Source: Octopus vulgaris
Taxonomy: Eukaryota
Assembly: GCA_951406725.2 (NCBI GenBank)
Contig: OX597830.1
Location: 7,502,001-7,566,000 of the forward strand
Reading direction: 5' to 3'
DNA: 64,000 bases
Shown here piece after piece: positions 55,613-64,000 of this stretch. Numbering within the stretch: the stretch's first letter is position 1; the number at the start of each line of letters is the position of its first letter. The position numbers were made by a program, and so were the translations under genes. The notes below the pieces were generated by a model. That model was not told where the DNA came from. It searched no databases and was given only the letters and a program-made list of their open reading frames with translations.

Positions 55613-55615
<3 letters not shown>
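55337..55615 (+). mobile_element. SINE family C, alternative-tail version
   Basis: GGAGGCACAATGGCCCAGTGGTTAGGGCAGCGGACTC...GGTTTCGATTCCCAGACC; tail ends GGTCACGGTGATCACGGTAAT. Confidence 0.75.
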
Positions 55616-55649
<34 letters not shown>

Positions 55650-55655
<6 letters not shown>

Positions 55656-56210
55656 GTTCGGAATAAATGTGACGATACTTATGTCTTTTTTTCGGGCACA
55701 ACTAATTGTAATAGTGGACAGAAGAGCATGTACATTCAAGTTGTCGTTGAGTAAAAATGAATTAACATGGAGGACTGGAGTACTGGCGGCTATCTGAATA
55801 TTGGAGGAGAATAACCTGTATAGTGATGATTCGTGCCGGATGTCAACACTATAAAGGTTGTAAGGTTGTAAGGCGTGACATGGATAGCTGCAATGGCGAT
55901 CACGAAGCCTTGAACAGCAAAAAGGGACACAGCAATCATTCTGACTGCCTCTGCGCGCCAGAATTCATCCATAACTGCAGGACAAGGGTCTCAGGCAGTG
56001 TTTAGCTGCTGGGGATGAAACAAACCCTGAATGGAAAGGGTTGTTACAGGAAGGCAATATGTGTGGAAGAACGATTCTGTTCTTTCTCATATCTTCGGAA
56101 AGAGAATTTCTAGGATTTCACCAGCTCCAATTTCTTTTCCCCCTAATTACCCCGTGGGTTACTATGTGTGGGGCACGGTTGAAAAAGACACCAACCACTC
56201 CCAGTCATAA
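55650..56210 (+). mobile_element. Degenerate, internally deleted maT/DD37D-like Tc1/mariner element
   Basis: TA|TAGGGTGTTC terminus; GHSNHSDCLCAPEFI; GRQYVWKNDS..SH; PVGYYVWGTVEKDTN (cf. QQDSAPAH...PLDYYVWG). Confidence 0.6.
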
Positions 56211-57242
56211 TCTAAATGATATATGTTTTGATTCTTTTAAAAAAAATACTCTCCTTTTTTTTATGAGATATTGTCTTTTCTCTTGCTTTTACGCAAACTA
56301 TCAAATCAAATTCAAACATTTTGTAGTTATAACAAATGTCGATGGATTATAACCAGGTTCAAATCGTAGATATGACACATTAGTTATTAATTGCTTGTAG
56401 GAACACCGTATTTCGCTTTGCAACCATAATATGCAAACCAAGTAATGGGTTTATTAAGGGTTTATAAGTCAACAGTGTCCTATATTTTGAGTTAGCAGTG
56501 CGATTCAGTCCTGTTTGCATTATCTCTACGTATTTTCTATTGAATTGGGAGCCAACACTGAAACTTGCAACGTTTCGTATAAGGAACGTCGTAAGTGTTA
56601 GCTCTGAAATCAAAAGAATATTTGCAGAGCAAATTAAAAACGTAGATATTTTCGATATTTTTTAATAACAAATTTAGATGTTTTTGACATTTATTTCTCA
56701 ATCTGCTGCTTGTTTCTTCCATGAATTTGAGGCTGGTGGTGACCTATTTTATAGTCTCTTCAAGTTGATGTTTATCATATCGCAGAAAGCATTGCGGGTG
56801 TTTTGTCGCCCATGAGTTTACTGTGAAGATTGTAGTTTCGATTCATGATCCCGGGCAAAACAATTCATTGCACGCTGCTCCAGTTCAATTAGCTGGCAAT
56901 AATGAGTAACCTCGCCACGGACCGGCGTTCCATCCAATGGGGAAGCATATAGGTCCCAGAAACGGGAAACTGGCCTATAGAATCGTATGACTCGCGAAGA
57001 CGCTCTCATCCTTTGCCTGATGCATAACATACTGGAGTCACGCATATTCGTCTACAGAGTTGAACTTACATACACACATGCACACGCACAGGCACAGACA
57101 CACAGATAGATACACACACACATAGTGTGTGACTATGCACATGAGTAAGTCTCCTTGTGTATAAATTTTAATGTTTCGTGTGTGAATGCGACTGAATGGT
57201 GAGACGACGAAACTCTGAGTAATATATGGGCGATATTGTTGG

Positions 57243-57243
57243 C

Positions 57244-57304
<61 letters not shown>

Positions 57305-58640
57305 CGTCGGCTGTAGTGGTGGTGTTGATGGCAATGAGTTTAATGAGTTTTGTTTAGTTTTATGGTCGTTGTTGTTGTGGTGGCGATGCTGGCGCTGATG
57401 ATGGTGTTGATGTTAGCTTCAGTGAATACAGAATGAGGTATAGTTACGATAGAGGCGATGATGATGATGATGGTTGTGGTGGTGGTGGTAGTGGTGGAGG
57501 CGGCGGCGGTGATGGCGGTGATAGCTGTGGGTCATTGCTAGAACAACAAAAGCGTTGATGGCTAAAGTGATGATGGTGGCGGCGGCATTGATGGTGGTGG
57601 TGGTGGTGGTGGTGGTGGTGGTGGTGGTGGTGGTTACGATGGTGTTGGAGGAAGTGATGGTGCTAGAGCTAATGTTGTTGTTGGAGGTGATCGTGGGGAT
57701 GGCAGTGGTGGTGATGGCGATGGTAATGGCTGAGTTGTTGGTGGTGGTGGTGGTGGTGTTTGTGGTGACGGATGAAGTGGCGGTGGTGGTGGTGGTGGTG
57801 GTGGTAATGAAAGTTAAGGTGGTGGAAAATATGGTGTCGGTTGTTGTACGAATGGTAGTAACATTAATAGATACGGTAGTAGTGTCTGTAGGGTTTGGTG
57901 TTTTTGTCGTTGCTGTTGTCATTGATGGTGGTGGTGGGGATGGAGGTGGCGGCGTGTGAGGATCGCTGGTGGAATAGGAGGTAGTGCCCTCGGTGGTTGT
58001 AGTAATGGTGTTGTGCATGGATGATGGAGGTGGAATATGATGGTGGTGCAGTTTGCAGGAGCGGTGGTGGTGGTGGTGGTGATGGGCGCAATAGTGAAGA
58101 TGACAGTGGTTGTAGTGGTATTGTAGGAGGTGGTTGTGGTGACTCTAGAGGTTGTGGTTGTGGCGTTGGTGATGGGGTTGGAGTCAGTGTTGGGGTTTGG
58201 ACCTGATGTTGTTGTTGTTGGAGGTGATGGTGGTGGAGATGGAGGTGCTGGTGGTGCTGGAGGTAGTGTCTTGTTGGAGCTGACATTGCTGATGGTGGTG
58301 GTAGTTGCGGCGGTGGTGGTGGTGGTGGTAGTGGTGGTGGTGCTGGATGTAGTGTCTTGTTGGAGCTGACATTGCTGATGGTGGTGGTGGTGGTGGTATT
58401 CATGATGATAATGATGGTGGTGGAGGTCATGGCTGTAGCAGTGGTGGAGGTGGTTGTGATGGTGGCAGCGGTCGTCTTGGTGGCGGTGCTGGTGGTTATG
58501 ATAGTTGTGTTGATGGTTGTAGTGGTAATTGTGGTGGTGATGGATTTAGTGGTGGCGATGTTGGTGGTAGTGGTGGTGGTGGTGGTGGTGGTGGTGGTGG
58601 TGGTGGTGGTGGTGGTGGTAGTGGTGGTGATGTTGGCGAT
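57243..58640. repeat. Low-complexity GGT/GAT/GTA trinucleotide region with a 47-bp local duplication (58256-58302 and 58342-58388)
   Basis: Degenerate triplet arrays; duplicated GTAGTGTCTTGTTGGAGCTGACATTGCTGATGGTGG. Confidence 0.85.
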
Positions 58641-59334
58641 GCTTTTCACGAGGAACTCTCCCGCGCTACCCAAACATTGCTTACGACGGCGACGACGAGG
58701 CAGTAGTAGCGAGCTATGCGTGTATAATTCTCTAATTATAGACTACTCTTCACTGATCCTCCAAGACTGTCGACTGTTGGAGCCGGACAGCAGTAAATTG
58801 ATGCCGTTTCTACACAGTTCTGCAGCACTACATCGCCACCACCACCACCACCCACACCACACGCTCCTCTTCGCGATCTTTCCCCAACCGCTTCGCAGAC
58901 TCGGAGAAGATGGGAGACGTAAATGAATACACACACAGGTATATACATACATGCATTCATACATACATACAAACATGCATACATACATACATACATTCAT
59001 ACATACATACATACATATATATATATGCATGTATGTATCTATGCGTATATATACATATATATATATATGCATGTATGTATGTAAATATATACATATGTGC
59101 AAATATAGATGCATATATACATATGTATAAGTATATATAAGCATGTGCATATGCATATATATGTAGATAAATATATGTATGCATATACTTATAACATACA
59201 TGTAATGTATGCATATTGTATATATGTATTTATATGCACATATAGTTATATATGAATATATATACATATATACATATACCACTATATACGCAATATATCG
59301 TATATAGATGCATACGCACTCACACATATATATT

Positions 59335-59384
<50 letters not shown>

Positions 59385-59431
59385 TGCACACGCACACATA
59401 CACACAGATACACACACTCACACACACATAT

Positions 59432-59502
<71 letters not shown>

Positions 59503-60044
59503 CACACCCGATACACACCCAGCAAAAGAACATGATCTCTATCGATACACACTTATACACACATACAAATACACAGGCACGCGCACGCGCGCGCGCACAC
59601 ACACACATACACACACACATATATAATATCCTTTCTCTTTTTGCCTACGCTCTCTCTCTCTCTCTCCCTCTATCTATGTAGCTATCCGTCTCTTTTTATA
59701 GATAGACACATACGTAGGAACAGTCGCTTATGGAAATACTCTGTAACTCTGAGTTTCATGTAGCATTTCGCCTTATTTATTAATGATATTTCACAGTGGG
59801 TACATTATACATACATCCAGATCCATTTATATATATATCGCTGAATGCCCGATGTCACTTCTAGCAACAACATGAGCCCCGCCTCGACCAGTTACTGCTC
59901 AGCTCCCAGTAGCCATCTTTGACTTCCTGTATCTCTTTATTCGGGAATCTGTGCCCGAATAAGCTAGGTTTCTGTAACAAGTCTGCGAAACTATGAGTCG
60001 CCAGAAGCCGAATCAAAGTGTTTTAAATAATAACGATAAAAATG

Positions 60045-60510
60045 ATTTCATTTATCTGTCACCAGGGCGAAGAAAAACAATAAATAAAGTGTTGAGGTTT
60101 ACAGATAATGAAATGATAGAAGGATTAAGCAACGAAACAAATGTAAGCATGCTCAGTATACAAGGAAAAGGAAGGAAAACATACACAGCATACAAAGATT
60201 TAAAGAAAAAATGCGGGAATGGGGATGATAGAGATGTGGCCCTCTTGATACTGGATGACCCCCTACTGATAATCGAGGAACCCCACTGTCCGAGATTTCC
60301 CTGAACACCAAGTGCAGTTGCCCTCTCTAATTCCTTCTCTACACTTAGAGAGGTACCATCTACTCTTGTTATTTTTGCAACTTTCACTCCCCTTCCAATA
60401 AACTTACTTGAGGACAGCACTTCCCTTTGCATCCTCCGTTTCCTTTTCGAGTGAATCTTGAAGAAATCAATGACAGTTCTACCAAAGAGGAATATATCTG
60501 TCTTCATGCT
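60045..60510 (-). mobile_element. Diverged Tx1-like LINE 3' fragment related to 14555-15148
   Basis: GRTVIDFFKIHSKRKRRMQREVLSSSKFIGRGVKVAKITRV aligns with [41 protein letters not shown]; tail GCCCTGGTGACAGATAAATGAAAT. Confidence 0.7.
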
Positions 60511-61021
60511 TTTGAGCCTTACCCCCCCCCCCCCTCAACACCACCAAACAACCTCTTTAAATGAAGTATTTTTCAAAGAACTGAGCTTATTTTCGTAGTT
60601 TAACAAAACGAAGTCCCTTCGTGGGTCGTTGAAAGTCTAAAATTTCCCTTCTTCTCATTTCCATTTCCAATCAACACAAACCTCGTCGCCAGTTCTCAGT
60701 CATTCTTTTGATATTTAGAAATATAATTTCAAAAAGATATCTAATTAGAAACAAAATTATCTATACGATGTAATAGGACGAGGAAATTGTAATATAGAAG
60801 CTACCAACGTCTACAAATCTTAACAACTTTATTTTATGTAAGAAACAAAATTAAGAAATAAAAATTATATATAAATGTTCTTCAAATTAACTTAGTTTAC
60901 CATAAAAAAAGATTCTCTCTCCTTTAAAGGTAAATCACTACTAGAAGCACACTACGCGCTTGATATATATATATATATAATTATTGTTGTTTTTGTTGGT
61001 ATTATTATTATTATTATTATT

Positions 61022-61550
61022 ATTTTTTTTTTTTTATTGTATTAAAACTCAGAGCATATTTTGCTGGGTGTGATGGAAAGTGTCAGCTGTTCCACATCCA
61101 GCAGCCTAAGGTGACACTTGTTTTGTTGGTCATGCTTCAAGAACCCTGCAAAGGATTCTTGCAGTTCCAATCAATGCTGATTTTCGTAGGTGTTCTACCT
61201 TCACACTTGCACCAATCTTTTTCAGCCATGTTGGTAGTTGAATGCCGATACTCCCAAGAGCACCAATTTCTATTGCTATCACGTCTACTCCTTTCATTGA
61301 CCACCAAACTTCGTATTTCGCAGTCCAAATAATCATAGCAGTTTATTTTTTTCTTCTTCTTTCTCTTTGATCCTGTTGTCACCGGGGCATGCTATGTTGA
61401 TAATCATACATGTTCTTTCTTTTTTATTCACCACAGCAGTGTCCGGTTTCCAACGTCTGGTCGGGTGATCGCACTGGATCATTGCATCCCACAGGATTTT
61501 ACAAATCGCATTTCCGGTGAATCTTTCTGGAATTTTCTCATACCACGTCT
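61022..61550 (-). mobile_element. R4/Dong-like non-LTR retrotransposon 3' fragment (restriction-like endonuclease region) next to (TAA)n
   Basis: ILWDAMIQCDH..RWKPDTAVVNKKERTCMIINIACPGDNRIKEKEEEKINCYDYL...IGALGSI...LRKSALIGTARILCRVLEA*. Confidence 0.82.
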
Positions 61551-61621
61551 TTGCTCTTTGTAGGCCGTGATTTACACAGAGCTCCTAATGGAGCTCTCAG
61601 TTATTATGTGTTGTTATTATT

Positions 61622-61716
<95 letters not shown>

Positions 61717-62032
61717 TATCATTATTAATATTATTATTATTATTATTATTATTATTTTTTATTTTATTATTAATATTTTGTGGGGTTATTTTGGCGTTTG
61801 TTATTCTTTCATACAGTCACATATATTACTTTAAAATTCTGATATTTAAGCACGCTTTCACGCATGCGCGTACATGGAAAAGGAACACACACACACACTC
61901 GTACATACAAACAAATACCTTTATACACTCAAATTCGTTTGCACGTACACCAGAGACATACCGTCTCTTTCACTGAAGCACACAAAAATAATTTTAAATA
62001 CACACAGTACGAAATTACTTTTAGTTACACAA

Positions 62033-62069
<37 letters not shown>

Positions 62070-62598
62070 CACACATACATACATAAACACACAAACGCAC
62101 ACACGCACAAACACACACACAAACACACACACATACATACATAAACACACACATGTAAATATATGTATATAAACATATGCACAAAACAATACACACACAT
62201 GCACATATACACACAAAGGTTCCATATGCCTAACAGTATAGTTTGCCACACACACACATATACGCATAAACGCATATTCTGACTCTCTTAACATGCACAC
62301 ATACATTGCAGACATACATTTCTTCAAATACACGGACGCACATATATATATATACAAGCATTTAAACACACACATCTTTACACATCCATATACACATATA
62401 TGTACGCATCAGAACAAACACACACACACAGACGTACACTATATATCTGTACACTTACACATACACACACCTTTATACTCACATCGTTTCTTTTTCTTTT
62501 TTTTTCCATCAAATTTCCCTTCATCTTCTATTTTATTTTCGTTCATATCATTACATCTCCCCAGATCTTTCAACTGAAAAAAAGAAGAGAAAATCGAC

Positions 62599-62633
<35 letters not shown>

Positions 62634-62652
62634 TGATGATGATGAAGATGAA

Positions 62653-62707
<55 letters not shown>

Positions 62708-62732
62708 ATGATAATGATGGTGGTGGTGGTGG

Positions 62733-62765
<33 letters not shown>

Positions 62766-62973
62766 CGATGATGATGGTGATGACGATGATGACGATGATG
62801 TTTAGTCTTTCGTCTAAACACACCTTCCTTACTCCGCTCATCGGTTTGGTATCTTTTATATCCTCATTACACTATTTCATCCTCCGACATCCAGCCTCCC
62901 TTTCTTCTATCTGGAAACGCACATACACACATACACACACATCAAACTACAGACACCAACACGAGATACAGTG

Positions 62974-63005
<32 letters not shown>

Positions 63006-63519
63006 AACATCAGTAATAACAGACACCAACACGAAATACAGTGACCACATTGCCCACCACCACCACCATATCCAGCATCAGTAATAACCCACCACCTCCA
63101 TCATCATCATCCATCACCACCACCACCACCATCATTACCACCACCATTATTACCACCACCACCTCCATCATCAACACCATCACCACCGCTATCATCACCA
63201 CAACCAAGCATCATCCTCGTTATTGTCATCATTTCCAACACACCAAATATGACCACCACCACCAATACCAGGACTACCATGCCCACCACAACAACACCTT
63301 CTTTACCTACACCATCACTATCAACTCCTTATCGTCATATGTTCTTTCTGCCGTCCTTTGAAGCTGCATTACATGTCAAAAAGAATCCTCAATATGAAGA
63401 GCAAGGATCCTCAAAATCAATGATTATCAGCCTGGGTCCACATGACCCTTGTGTGGGGGATCCATATAAGATTTCGTTGTTAAAATTCATGAGGAATCAA
63501 TCGGTTAGACTTCCATTGT

Positions 63520-63970
63520 TTTTTTGTCTCGGTCACTTGACTGCGACTATGCTGGAGCACCGCCTTTAGTCGAACAAATCGACCCCATGACTTATTCTTT
63601 GTAAGCCTAGTACTTATTCTATCGGGTTCTTTTGCTTAACCGCTAAGTTATGGGGACGTAACCACACCAACATTGGTTGTCAAGCGATGTTGGGGACAAA
63701 CACAGACACACAAATACACACATACATACATGCATGCATATATGTATATATATATGCATGTATATATATAGGCATATATATATGTATATATATATATGTA
63801 TATATATGTATACATATATACGACAGGCTTTATTCAGTTTCTGTCTACTAAATCCACTCACAAGGCTTTGGTCAAGGTTATAGTACCACTTGCCCGAGGT
63901 GCCGCGCAGTGGGACTGAACCCGGACCCATGTGGTTGGTAAGCAAACTATTTACTACACAGCCACTCCTT
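63520..63970 (-). mobile_element. SINE family A, full length
   Basis: GTCACTTGACTGCGACTATGCTGGAGCACCGCC tail through TTTACTACACAGCCACTCC head. Confidence 0.85.
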
Positions 63971-64000
63971 CGTATTTTAACAAGTCTTTTATACAAATGT

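Noticed and set aside
57419-58926. Thr/Val/Pro-rich ORFs up to 269 aa resembling mucins
   Set aside because: Open on both strands because of GGT/GAT triplet repeats; no splice or domain support

Overview
AT-rich, microsatellite-saturated eukaryotic non-coding DNA (intergenic or a very large intron). The repeat landscape (CORE-type and Meta/Sauria-core-like tRNA SINEs, dense TA/TAGA/TAA/TATG arrays) suggests an octopus or other coleoid cephalopod; this is inferred, not shown. No host protein-coding gene, rRNA or true tRNA could be supported, and nearly all long ORFs in the track are translations of simple repeats. Recognisable content: one full-length but dead mariner (11754-13031), other Tc1/mariner remnants and MITEs, 5'-truncated LINE fragments (CR1, Tx1-like, R4/Dong-like, RTE), Penelope-like (PLE) remnants and about 30 SINE copies. 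The strongest signals are: (1) at least four unrelated TA-microsatellite-embedded, PLE-type non-coding elements carrying type I hammerhead ribozyme motifs, including two retrozyme-like partial tandem repeats with full cores (3012-3099 on +, 54900-54976 on -) and a G3-C8 core-covariant hammerhead (6077-6127); (2) two SINE/LINE pairs identified in-window by shared 3' tails (CORE-type SINE with CR1; Meta-like SINE with a (TAGA)n-embedded Tx1-like LINE); (3) apparent partitioning of microsatellite types among retroelement clades; (4) several fold-back or templated inversions. All assignments were made by eye, and coordinates of degenerate repeats are approximate.
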